Shown in pieces: positions 24,260-35,800 of a stretch of 64,000 nt of DNA (positions are counted from its first letter, which is position 1; every line of letters begins with the position of its first letter). Source of the stretch: Heterodontus francisci (Eukaryota). Under the pieces are notes generated by a model. The model had not been told where the DNA came from and did no database searches. It saw only the letters and a list, made by a program, of their open reading frames with translations. The DNA lies in NCBI RefSeq assembly GCF_036365525.1, contig NC_090393.1:61771907-61835906 (forward strand), read 5' to 3'. The translations under genes were made by a program, and so were the position numbers.

Positions 24260-24469
24260 GTAAACTGACATTCCTTACGTTTTCAGAAATATTTTAACAC
24301 TGCCAATAAATCTATTCCATGTTTCTTTCCTCCAATCATATTTACTTTTGAGTGAATTTTTATGCTCTTTAAGAAAGAAAGAGCATTTACAGTCCCTTTT
24401 CTTGGCAGCAGGATATTCCAAATCACCACACAACCGGTGAATTAGTTTTGACAAGTAATCATTGTTACT

Positions 24470-24800
24470 TGAGTGGGAGTCAATACACATGGAGCAGGGT
24501 CCACAAATAGCAAGTGAAAGAAATGATCAGTTAAGTTACTTTTGTTGCTATTGGTTGAGGGATAGCTGTTGGCCAGGATGCTGGAAGTCTCCCTGCTCTT
24601 GTTAGAATAGTGTTGTTGGATCTTTACACCCACGGAACAAACAACAAACAGATGGTAGACAGTTCAATGTCTCATCCAAAAACTCGCAGCTCTGACAATG
24701 TCCTGAAATGAAGTGTTGACTGAAGTTCTGGAATGAGGTTTGTCCACACAACCTTCTGAATCAAGCGAGAATTCTACGACTGAGCCAAGCTGACACGTGG
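24470..24800 (-). mobile_element. Deu-domain SINE (SacSINE1/AmnSINE-like), degenerate
   Basis: Reverse complement contains GATGAGACATTGAAC...GTGTAAAGATCC...AGAGCAGGGAGACTTCC...CCTGGCCAAC...CCCTCAACC, the Deu core. Confidence 0.7.
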
Positions 24801-24819
24801 AGCTAATGAGCGTGCCGGC

Positions 24820-25253
24820 TTCTGTCAGTTGGCAGCATTCTGAGTTAAAAGTTTGTGTGTTTAAGCTCCATTACAGGATTTGAGTACACAGTCTGATGCA
24901 GTACTGAGGGTGTGCTGCAGTCGAGAATACTGTCTTTCAGGTGAGATGTTAAACCATGGGCCTGTCTGCTTGTTCAGGCAGAAGTAAAGGATCCCACTGT
25001 CAAAATGCAACAAAGAGCAGGGAGTTCTCTCCGTGTCCTGGCCAACATTCTCCTTCAACCAACATGATCAATAACAGATTCCCTGGTCATTCAGCTCATT
25101 TGGTACTTGTGGCACCTTGCTGGTGGCAAATTGACTTCCATATTTGTCTACAAAATGACAATGCCTGTACTTCAAAGGAGCTTCCTCGTTTGTGAAGCAC
25201 TTTGGCTTGACGGAGGATGTGAAAGGCGCTAGGTAAATTTCAGTTCATTCTTT
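24820..25253 (+). mobile_element. Deu-domain SINE (SacSINE1/AmnSINE-like)
   Basis: GTGAGATGTTAAACC...TAAAGGATCCCA...AGAGCAGGGAGTTCTC..GTGTCCTGGCCAACATT, followed by an L2-type tail TGTGAAGCACTTTGG...GTGAAAGGCGCTA. Confidence 0.8.
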
Positions 25254-25400
25254 CAGTGTGAGATTCTAATGCTGGGGAAAGAGCAGATTCTTTTTGCATC
25301 CAACACCAACATTGAGCACACCAGCAGAAGTACCGGGTGAGCCCGTTTTAAGGGTTCAGCTGCCCTCATTAGATGTTGTGAGGCCACCTTATGAATCTCA

Positions 25401-25749
25401 TTTAGTTTAGAGATACAGCACTGAAACAGGCCCTTCGGCCCACCAAGTCTGTGCCGACCATCAACCACCCATTTATACTAATCCTACACTAATCCCATAT
25501 TCCTACCACATCCCCACCTATCCCTATATTTCCCTACCACCTATCTATACTAGGGACAATTTATAATGGAGAATTTACCTACCAACCTGCAAGTCTTTTT
25601 GGTTTGTGGGAGGAAACCGGAGCACCCGGAGAAAACCCACGCAGACACAGGGAGAACTTGCAAACTCCACACAGGCAGTACCCAGAATTGAACCCGGGTC
25701 GCTGGAGCTGTGAGGCTGCGGTGCTAACCACTGCGCCACTGTGCCGCCC
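25401..25749 (-). mobile_element. HE1-type V-SINE, full length
   Basis: tRNA-like head GGCGGCACAGTGGCGCAGTGGTTAGC...GGTTCAATTC, V-domain GTGGAGTTTGCA..TTCTCCC...GGTGCTCCGGTTTCCTCCCAC, CR1-derived tail GGGCCGAAGGGCCTGTTTCAGTGCTGTATCTCTAAACTAAA. Confidence 0.92.
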
Positions 25750-26250
25750 GGCTGAATAAGCTCACTGTGCATCTCAATCCATGCACAGGGAATGTGATGT
25801 AGGGAGCCCATAGAATACCAGAAAGCAAGCAGCTCTTTAAAAGCTGCTGCTGAAAATTAAAGAGATAAAAATTTGGGGGTAAAGATTATGTGAGTCTTTT
25901 TAAAGGAGCAAAAATGACTGTCTTTGCTCCAGGACCTGCAAGCAGGAGACTAGATGATCCTAGACCCTAAACACTGGGGTCCCAAGAAGCAGGCTGAATG
26001 ATTTTACCTCTTTCTGCCCTTTATACAATAAGACTCTAATTTACACATTACACATCAATTATTGTAAAGTGCTTTACACAGCCAATTACATTTTGAAATG
26101 CATTGTTGTTATGTAGTAGTTAATATGATCATTTGCTCTCTCTGATATAACTTCATGCAAATTATAAATCAGCGGCAATTTTCTGTGTTTTTGACATGAC
26201 TACTGATGAAATCTGGAAGCTATTGCCAGTGTTGGCAGGTATCAGACACT

Positions 26251-26927
26251 GGGCCTCGATTTTAATGCACCCGATGGGCAGGATAGGGTTAGTGGTGGGG
26301 TGGGGCTTAAAATATTGGAATTGCATAACCCGACCTCAACCACAGCATTCCCAGCTGGCGTAATATTTATGGCAGCGATTCAGTCCCGGGGCGAGACACC
26401 CGCTAAAAGCAGGCATGGACTGACTTAAGATTCAGAGTCATGGCTTAATGATGTCATTGGTGTTGTGATGTATTTTCACCCTCACCAGAGGTGGAGTCTC
26501 GTGCTGTCTGTTACCCGGCAACAGGAACATGGCATGAGGAACCAACTGGCAAGAAGATGTCCAGATAAATTTGCCACATTGCCTGTGTTGAAGCTTTTTG
26601 AGGGCCAGGAGGAGGAGGAATGTTCTCTCAGGCCTCACAAGGGAAACTTATGGTTTTCAGCTAAAAATGCTGAGACCTCCTCCCTCCCGGTTGCAATTGT
26701 GTCCGGAGCCTTCCTCCTCCACCTCTGACTGCCAGGGATTGTTCCCACGGCTCCCCAGCGGCAGCCTCCTACCGCTAAATTCCTACTCCCACCAGCTAGC
26801 CATATCTATTTAAGTGAGGCCCTACTTTTAAAAATTGGCAGGGTCTCCCCGTCCTGCCCTTGCTGGGTTCTTCTCCTATTTCTGGACTCCCCTGCATCCT
26901 TCCTGCCTCCCCATTAATATTGAGGCC
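26251..26927. mobile_element. MITE-like non-autonomous DNA transposon
   Basis: Imperfect TIRs GGCCTCGATTTTAATG and CATTAATATTGAGGCC. Confidence 0.45.
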
Positions 26928-27017
26928 TATGTGTCTACACTTGTTATTTTGTGAAGTATTTGAGTGCCCACTCACACACAATGTTCAATTTTGATCCTTT
27001 CTTCCCTCCTTTTCTAG

Positions 27018-27061
27018 TGGAGCTTATACATATAGATTCCGAAGATTCCAACTGTGATTAG
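27018..27061 (+). CDS. PML: PML-like protein, last coding exon (SIM with acidic/serine tract, then stop)
   Basis: Long pyrimidine tract plus AG at 27017; phase 1 gives V-ELIHIDSEDSNCD-TAG, parallel to PML exon 7a VVVISSSEDSD. A donor CAG/GTAAAA follows at 27068. Total CDS 494+578+62+235+44=1413 nt, 470 aa. Confidence 0.75.
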
Positions 27062-28299
27062 TCGCAGGTAAAAGTCCTGATGCCAGCTTTCTTCAGCAAG
27101 CAATGCAAACATTTTTAATATTTGTAGTGATCTGGAATCCACTGTCTGAAAGGGAGGTGAAAGCAGATTCAAAAGATAATTGCATAGGTACCTGAAAAAT
27201 AAAAAAATTGCAGGGCTATGGAGAAGAGTGGAGGAGTGAGACTACTTGGATAACTCTTTCAATGAGCCAGCACAGGCACAGTGGGCCGAATGGCCTCTCC
27301 TTCTGCACGATAAGATTCTGTGGCCCTATGATTTTTTAATGCAGCATTGCTTGCAATCAATTACAGAATCTTTCAGCTAGGGAAGAACAAGAGGATGACT
27401 GACTGCTGCTCTTGGAACAAGATACAGATGTCTATTTACACCAAAAGTTAATAATTCTTCATTTACATACAGATCTGTGGAGCATATAGAGGCAAATTAA
27501 GCCTTGCACCTGAGGATTACAAACTCAGGCTTCACTTCCATAGTGCAGTATGACACAGGAAAGACTCATACCAGGAATTTCCTCAGGAGTTCTCCCAATT
27601 AGACGCCCTAACTTTGACAGCAGATTGACTGAAATCCTATTTACATTGTGTAAATGGTCTTTCTGACGATCTTCTGCCAAAGTTAGGGCAGCTAGTCAGG
27701 AGAAGCTGATAGGACAGTCCCAACATCTGTGCTATGTGCTGCTCTACATTGTGAGAATGCATAATTCTTTGTATGTATTGTGTGGGGATGTTTTGTTTCC
27801 TAGTATTCAAATACATCATCGGGATAGTTTTACCCTCCCCAATTATAAAGGAACAAAGACTGGGGATAGACCCAGAGAAAACAGATATGGAGAAATTGGG
27901 AATAAGGAGACAGCTACCTGCACCCTTAGATTCACATATACCTACACAGGTCTCATTTCTAACAGTTTCCCTATTTTAGAGATATATACTTAGATATTCT
28001 CCAGGCCACATAGACAAATGCATTATTTTTAATTTTTCATCTCATTGTATTGAGTAATGCCAACTATAAGGAATGACAGTATTTTCCCATTCATTGGACA
28101 TTGTCAACATCAAGCAGTCTCAGATCAGGTTCAAAGTAAAGCCCCCTCTACACTGTCTCAAGACATACTCCAAGGCCAGGTACAGCACGGGTTAAATATA
28201 CAGTAGAGTATAGCTCCCATTACACTATCCTGTGAAATACTCCCAGCCAGGTACAGTATCTATTAAATGCAGAATTAGGCTCACTGTGCAGTGCTTAAG

Positions 28300-29378
28300 C
28301 AAGTGTTTTATGCTTACCGAAACAGCTCTTATTAAAGTCACAAATGATATCCTATGTGACTGTGACAAAGGTAAACTTTCCCTTCAAGTCCTTCTCGACC
28401 TGTCGGCAGCCTTTGACATGGTTGACCACACCATCCTCCTCCAACGCCTGTCAACTGTCGTCCAGTTGGGTGGGACTGCACTCACCTGGTTCTATTCTTA
28501 ACTACCGTAGCCACAGAATCACTTGCAATGGCTTCTCTTCCAGCTCCCACATCGTTACCTTTGGTGTTCCTCAAGGATCTATCCTAGGCCACCTCCTATT
28601 TCTCAGCTACATGCTGCCCTTCGGCAACACCATCCGAAAGCACGGTGTTATTTTTCATATGTATGCTGATGACACTCAGCTTTACCTCCCTATCACTTCT
28701 CTCAACTCCTCCACTGTTGCTAAAATATCCGACATCCAGTACTGGATGAGCAGAAATGTCCTCTTTGGGAATACTGATTGGGTTTTCGATCCCTGCTTCA
28801 AACTCTGTTCCCTAGCTACCAACTCCATCCCTCTCCCTGGTAACATTCTGAGATTAAGCCAGTCTGTTCACAACCTTGATGTTACATTTGACCCTGAGAT
28901 GAGCTTCCGACCTCAAATTCGTGCCATTACTAAGACTGGCTATTTCCACCTCTGTAATATTGCCCGACTTTGTCCCTGTCTCAGCTCATCTACTGCTGAA
29001 ACCCTCTTTCATGCCTTAGTTACCTCTCCACTTAACTATTCCAACACACTATGGCTGGTCTCCCACATTCTACTCTCTGTAAACTTGAGGTCATCTGGCC
29101 TCTTAAGCATCCCTAATTTTAATCGCTGTACAATTGGTGGCCATGCCTAGGCCCTAAGGTCTGGAATACCCTCCCTACACTTCTCTGCCTTGCTACCTCA
29201 CTTTTTTCCTTTAAGATATTCCTTAAAACCTATCTCTTTGATCAAGCTTTTGGCCACCTGACCTAATATCTCCTTATGTGGCTTGTTGTCATACTTTGTT
29301 TTATAATGCTCCTGTGATGCACCTTGGGACGTTTTATTATGTCAAAGGCTTTATATAAATATAACTTGTTGTTATTAT
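28300..29378 (+). mobile_element. L2 LINE RT fragment
   Basis: [43 protein letters not shown]; 3' end GCTTTATATAAAT...TTGTTGTT. Confidence 0.88.
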
Positions 29379-29679
29379 CAACTGTTCTGCTCAGACCCAA
29401 ATGTATGGCAGTGTCTGAAGTCTCTGTAACAGACGTGTGGACAATGATGGAGTCATACACATATGGTCACTGGATAGTATGAGCAGGAATCCTGGCTGAC
29501 TTTTCTTTCCCTAGCTGTGAGATATTGTGACCAACTGCAGCACCCCTACTCCCACCTTAGCTAACCGAGCACAGGCTAGGCCTCGAAGCTGAGACCTGCC
29601 TGGTAGTATGGCTCAGAAATCATAAGAACAATCTGGGATGAGAAAAACTCATATTGACCATCAATGCCCATCGCTGAAA

Positions 29680-30010
29680 CCAGATGCAGGAAGGATGTTC
29701 CCGATGGCGGGGGAATCCAGGACCAGGGGTCACAGTCTAAGGATAAGGGGTACGCCATTTAGGACTGAGATGAGGAGGGATTTCTTCATCAGAGACTGGT
29801 GAACCTGTGGAATTCTCCCAAATTGAGGCCAAATCATTAAATATATTCAAGAGTTAGATATAGTTCTTAGGGCTAAAGGGATCAAGGGATACGGGAAGAA
29901 AGCGGGAACAGGGTGCTGAGTTTGGATGATCAACCATGATCGTATTGAATGGTGGTGCAGGCTCGAATGGCCGAATGGCCTACTCCTGCTCCTATTTTCT
30001 ATGTTTCTAA
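29680..30010 (+). mobile_element. CR1 3' fragment
   Basis: GATGTTCCCG...AGGACCAGGGGTCACAGTCTAAGGATAAGGGG and tail GAATGGCCTACTCCTGCTCCTATTTTCTATGTTTCT. Confidence 0.85.
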
Positions 30011-30249
30011 CTCCTCCAGGCTACTCTCCAATTGCCTTTTGAATGCAGTTAATTCTAAACCTTACCTTACAGCTTATTCCAAACATTTCTCACCATTTCA
30101 ATAAACATGTTCTTCCTAATATCTGTTTTAAATTTATTCTTCACTCAATTAACTTTTTATCAAGCTGCCTGGCTTACTTTGAATACCATTAAATATCTTA
30201 TATATCGCACCGAGAATCCTTTAACCACATTCTCTTCAGGCTCTAGGGT

Positions 30250-30784
30250 TTGAGCGTCTTTAAATTTCCCTCGTGGTTCCTACCCTATTCTTGCGGTGTC
30301 AACCTTATGTTCTCCATGCCCTCTGCAATACATAGATATATTCCTTTTTGTGACATGGTGACCAACTTGATATCGTGCTCCATGTTGGGACTAACCGGTG
30401 CTTTGAAAAGTTTGACGTCAGTTGACATACTCTGGTGAAATAACCCAACCCAACATTCCGCTTGCTTTTTTAAAATTGTTTTATTACCTTGACTGCACAG
30501 TCCATCATCAGCTTCGTGGTCCCTGACCAAGTCCCTGTTCCAATTCGATCCAATTCATTGTGCAATAATGTGGTACATATTTTGCCCAAAAAGCAATACT
30601 GTGCAGTTATATTAAATTTGATTTGTCTGAATCTTTCTGTATATCTTTTTACCAAGTCCTCTGCTCTCCCTATTGCCTGCAAATTTGATAAAGCTCGCAA
30701 TACAGTTGGTTCTGATAAGCTCACTGAACCACTGGGAAGCTCTGCTGTCATTTCAAACTCAAAAAAGGTTTCATAAAAGTTCAT
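30250..30784 (-). other. Unassigned frameshifted coding-like fragment (about 175 codons), possible endogenous viral element
   Basis: Two overlapping minus-strand ORFs (30470-30784 and 30285-30530) join at an A-run; globular-protein composition, no TE motif recognised, no obvious splice context. Confidence 0.3.
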
Positions 30785-31314
30785 GTGTCAGACGTTGCAC
30801 TGAGTGTGACAGCTTCGACAGAGGCCCTGGGTCAACTCCCCAATCTTTCCTATGTTAATATGTGGTGCTGGTCTGCCTGAGAGCAGGTCCTCAGCTCTTT
30901 TTTCTCCACCAGGAGAGATGAGAATGACTAGGGAAGAGGGTATATGAGGTGATTTCCTGTTGCCTTCCTGAGACGGGACAGGAATTGAACCTGTGCTGTT
31001 GACAGTGTTCTGAACCACATGCTAGCCATCTAGCCAAGTAAGCCACCCAGTTGCCCTGTTAGTATGTAGGCCTAAAAAAAAAACAGGGTTATAACTTTAA
31101 AGAGAGCGATGCAGACAGATGTAGAAATACTGAGTAAGAGATGACGGTGTCTGAGAAGTTACTATTTAACCAGTACTGTATCAGAAATGTGCTTTATTAA
31201 AATGTTTTTAGAAACTTTCAGTTTTACAGATAAAAGTTGAATAAATAACCAAACTCATTGATTGTGAGATACTGAAGCTTGGGCTGCTTTATTTTAGGTA
31301 GGACTTCAAATCTC

Positions 31315-32672
31315 ATTCACTGACTGTAGTAACTGTAATTAAACTTGAAACAATAATTCGGGACAAAATTAATAGTCACATGGACAAATGGGGGTTAATT
31401 AAGGAAAGCCACCATGGATTTGTTAAGGGAAAATCATGTTTAACTAACCTTCTGGAGTTTTTTGAAGGGGTAACAGAGAGGGTTGATGAGGGTAATGCTG
31501 TTGATGTGGTGTACCTGGACTTTTAAAAGGCTTTTGATACAGTGCCACACAACAGACTTTTGAGCAAAGTTCTGGTTCATAGAATAAAAGGGACAGTAGC
31601 AACATGGATACAAAATTGGTTGAGTGGCAGCACAGAGTAGTGTTTAATGGATGTTTTCGGGCTGGAGGAAGATTTGTAATGGAGTTCCCCAGGGGTCAGT
31701 GTTAGGACCATTGCTCTTCCTGATATATATATTAATGACCTAGACTTTGGTGTACAGGGCACAAATTCAAAATGTGAGCATGATACGAAACTTGGAAGCA
31801 TTGTGAACTGTGAGGAGGATAGTACAGAACTTCAAACAAGTTGGTGGAATGGGCAGACAGGTGGCAGATGAAGTTCAATGCAGAGAAATGTGAAGCGATT
31901 CATTCTGGTAGGAAGAACATAGAGAGACAATGTAGAATAAAGGGCACAATTCTAAAGGGGGTGCAGGAACAGAGGGACCTAGGTGTATATGTGCATAAGT
32001 CATTGAAGGTAGCAGGGCAGGTTGAGAGAGTAGTTAATAAAGCATACAGTATCCTAAGCTTTATTAATAGGAGCATAGATTACAATAGCAAGGAGGTTCT
32101 GTTGAACTTGTATAAGATACTAGTTCAACCTCAGCTGGAGTATTGTGTCCAGTTCTGGGTGCAGCATTTAAGGAAAGATTTGAGGGCATTAGAGAGAATG
32201 CAGAAAAGATTCACGAGAATCTTCCAGGGATGAGGAACTACATTTACGAAGATAGATTAGAGAAGTTGGGACTGTTTTCCTTGAAGAGAAGTTTGAGAGG
32301 AGATTTGATTGAGGTATTCAAAATCATGAGGGGTTTGGACAGAGTAGAGAGGGAGAAACTGTTCCCAGCCATGAAAGGATCAAGAACGAGAGGGCACAGG
32401 TTTAAGGTAATTGGCAAAAGAAGCGACGGCAACATGAGGAAAAACATTTTCACGCAGCAAGTGGTTAGGATCTGGAATGCATTGCCAGAGAGCAGTGGAG
32501 GTAGGTTCAATCGAGGCATTCAAAAGGGAATTAGCTAGTTATCTGAAAAGGAAGAACGTACAGGGTTATGGGAAGGTGGTGGGTGAATGGCACGAGGTGA
32601 ATTGCTCACTTAGAGAGTCAGCGCAGGCACGATGGGCCGAATGGCCTCCTTCTGTGCTGTAACAATTCTGTG
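31315..32672 (+). mobile_element. CR1 LINE RT fragment
   Basis: [44 protein letters not shown] and tail GGGCCGAATGGCCTCCTTCTGTGCTGTAACAATTCTGTG. Confidence 0.9.
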
Positions 32673-32816
32673 GTCCAAAGAGCCACTTCAGAGAGAGTAT
32701 AAAACGTTCAGGTGTTGTTCCGATACATATATGGGAGCAAACCTATGTCAAACAACAGCCTGAGGCATGTAGCTGGCCATGCCATCCAACAGACTGATCA
32801 TCCAGCTCCCCAAAAA

Positions 32817-35800
32817 CAATTTTGTTTCCAAAAAATATACTTTATTCATAAAAATTGGCAAAAATACATTACAAAAGTGTTCAGAACAATTCAAATTTCA
32901 CATTTCGGAAAGTACAATAGAGATCAGATCTCTTCGATAGAGAAAAACATGAAGTGCCTCACAATGCTTGCCATTCCATTTTAAATGCAATGTACATTTG
33001 CACGACATAGCAAAAAGCATTTTGGTGTATACAGCCCGAGGGTTTTACATGGGTTCTAGCCACTCGGTTCACTATGGTGGGAGGACCTTACACCTTGGCC
33101 TTTCCCCATTGAGCCTATGCGGCGGATGTCCCAAGCTTTAGTGCGTCCCTCAGCACGTAGTCCTGGACCTTGGAATTTGTCAGTCTGCAACACTCGGTCG
33201 TGGACAACTCTTTGCGCTATAAGACCAGTAGGTTTCGGGAAGACCAAATAGCACTGATGGTCCTCCAGCAGCAGTTGATGTTTATCTTGGTGTATGTCCC
33301 TGGGAACAGCCCGTAGAGCACAGACTCCTGTGTTACAGAGCAGCTCGGGATGAACCTCGACAAAAACCACTGCATCTCTTTCCACACCTGCTTTGCAAAA
33401 GCACATTCCAGAAGGACATGGGCAACTGTCTCTTCTCCACCATAGTCACCTCGAGGGCAGCGTGTGCAGGTGGTGAGATTCCAGGCGTGCAGGAAGGATC
33501 TGACGGGGAGGGTCCTTCTCACCACCAGCCAAGCTACATTTTGATGCTTGTTTGAAAGTTCTGGTGATGAGGCATTCTGTCAAATGACTTTGGCAGTCTG
33601 CTCGGAGAACCATCCGACAGGATCCACCATCTCCTTTACCCATAGGGCCTTGAGGACATTCCGTGCAGACTGCTGCTTGATGGATTGGTGGTCAAAGGTG
33701 TTTTTCTGCACGAACGTTTCCACGAAGGATAGGTGGTATGGCACGGTCCAACTGGATGGAGCATTCCGTGGCAATGTGACCAGACCCATCCTTCGCAACA
33801 CAGGGGACAGATAGAGCTTCAGCACGTAGTTTGCGTACTGGGGCTCTACACACGGCTTGCTGCAGCTGCACACACAGGTGGCCATCAGGATGAAGGTGAC
33901 ATTGGGTACATTTTTCCCCCTTTATCCAGAGGTTTGAACATTGTGTCCCTCCGGACCTGTTCCATTTTGGATCTTCAGATAAAGTGGAAGATGGCTCTGG
34001 TGACCGTCACAGCGCAGGAGTGGGGTATGGGCCAGACCTGCACCACATACAGCAACAACGTGAGTGCCTCGCACCTGATGACCAGGTTCTTACCCACAAT
34101 GGAGAGAGATCGCTGCTCCCACATGCTCAGTTTATGGTGTACCCTAGCTACTTGCTCCTTCCAGGTTTTGGTGCATGCCCCGGCCCTTCCGAACCATATC
34201 CCCAGCACCTTCAGGTAGTTTGACCTGATGGTGCGGGGGACAAAGGATCGGTCAGCCCAGTTCCCAAAGAACATGGCCTCACTCTTGCCGTGGTTAACTT
34301 TGGGTCCCGAGGCCAGTTCGAACTGGTCACAGATGCTCATCAGTCTGTGAACGGACAGCGGATCCGAGCAGAAGACGGTGATGTCATCCATGTACAGGGC
34401 AGCTTTGACCTGAATGCCTCCACTGCCTGGGATTGTCACCCCTCTTATACTCGCATCCTCCTAATGGACTCAGAAAAAGGTTTGATACAGCAAACAAACA
34501 AGACAGGGGAGAGAGGACAGCCATGTCTGACTCCAGATTGGATCGGGAAACTTTCTGATTCCCAACCATTGATTGAAACTGCGATGTTTGTGTAGAGCAG
34601 TTGGATCCAATTGCAGATTTCCTCCCCAAACCCCATTTTGGAGAGCACGTCCATCGTGTAGGTGTGTGATATCCTGTCAAAAGCCTTCTCCTGGTCCTGA
34701 CTGATGATGCAGGTGTCCACCCTCCTGTCCCGTACATAGACGATCGTATCCCTGAGTAGCATGAGACTATCGGAGATCTTCCTGCCGGGTACAGTGCAGG
34801 TCTGATCAGGGTGGATCACCAACTCCAGAGCAGACTTGACCCGACTGGCTATGACTTTTGACAGAATCCTGTAGTCAACATTAAGCAGTGAGATGGGCCG
34901 CCAATTTCAGATTTCCGCCCTCGCCCCCTTCCGCTTGTAGATGAGGGTGATGATGCCTTTCCTCTGACGTGCTGCCGACCAGGAGCATACTCTCGTATAC
35001 TTCCAGCAGGTCCGGGCTGACCCAGTCCCACAGGGCCGAATACAACTCAACTGGTAAGCCGTCGCTTCCGGGAGTTTTACTGGTCTCGAAGGGCCTGATG
35101 GCCTTTGTCAGCTCGTCTAGAGTTGACTCTCCCACGTAATGTCATCTATGAACTCAGTGATAGATGACAGAAAGGACAGGGAGGCCATGCTGTTCGTGGG
35201 CTTCACGTCATACAGCCCAGCATAAAAGGATTTGCTGACCCTTAGTATGTCGGACTGCGAAGACGTTACCGAGTCGTCCTCTTCCTTCAGGTTGCTGATC
35301 ACAGAGCTCTCCCTGTGTACCTTAAGGAAGAAGTAACGCGAGCACGTCTCATCCTGCTCAACGGAGCGGACTCTGGACCGGACGGTGATCTTGGAGGCCT
35401 CCGTGGCGAAGAGCTAGGCCTGCTGGCTCTTCACCTCTTGAAGGTGCTGCTTGACCTCGACCCCATCGTCTGTAGCCGGAGCAGATTTTGCATTCTTTTC
35501 TGGAGTGGGGTCATTTCTCTCTGTCTCTCTCTCACCTTCTGAACACTTTTGAAGATAAAGAACCTCTTGATGTTCTCCTTGATCGCCTCCCACCAGTGCA
35601 CTGGAGACTCAAAGAGGGGTTTCACGTTTCTCCAATCTTTGTAATCCCTTTTGAGTTCCTCAACGTTCTCTGGGGTTAGCAGTGTAACATTGAGCTTCCA
35701 TGTCCCCCTGCTGGTCATCCTGTAATTGACAGTCAGCCAGTAAGAAGCAGTGGTCAGAGAAGAACACTGTGAAAGCATGGGACACAAACAGGAAGTCGAT

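Noticed and set aside
25680-25749. tRNA gene (A and B boxes)
   Set aside because: It is the tRNA-derived head of the V-SINE and continues into the V domain and CR1 tail.
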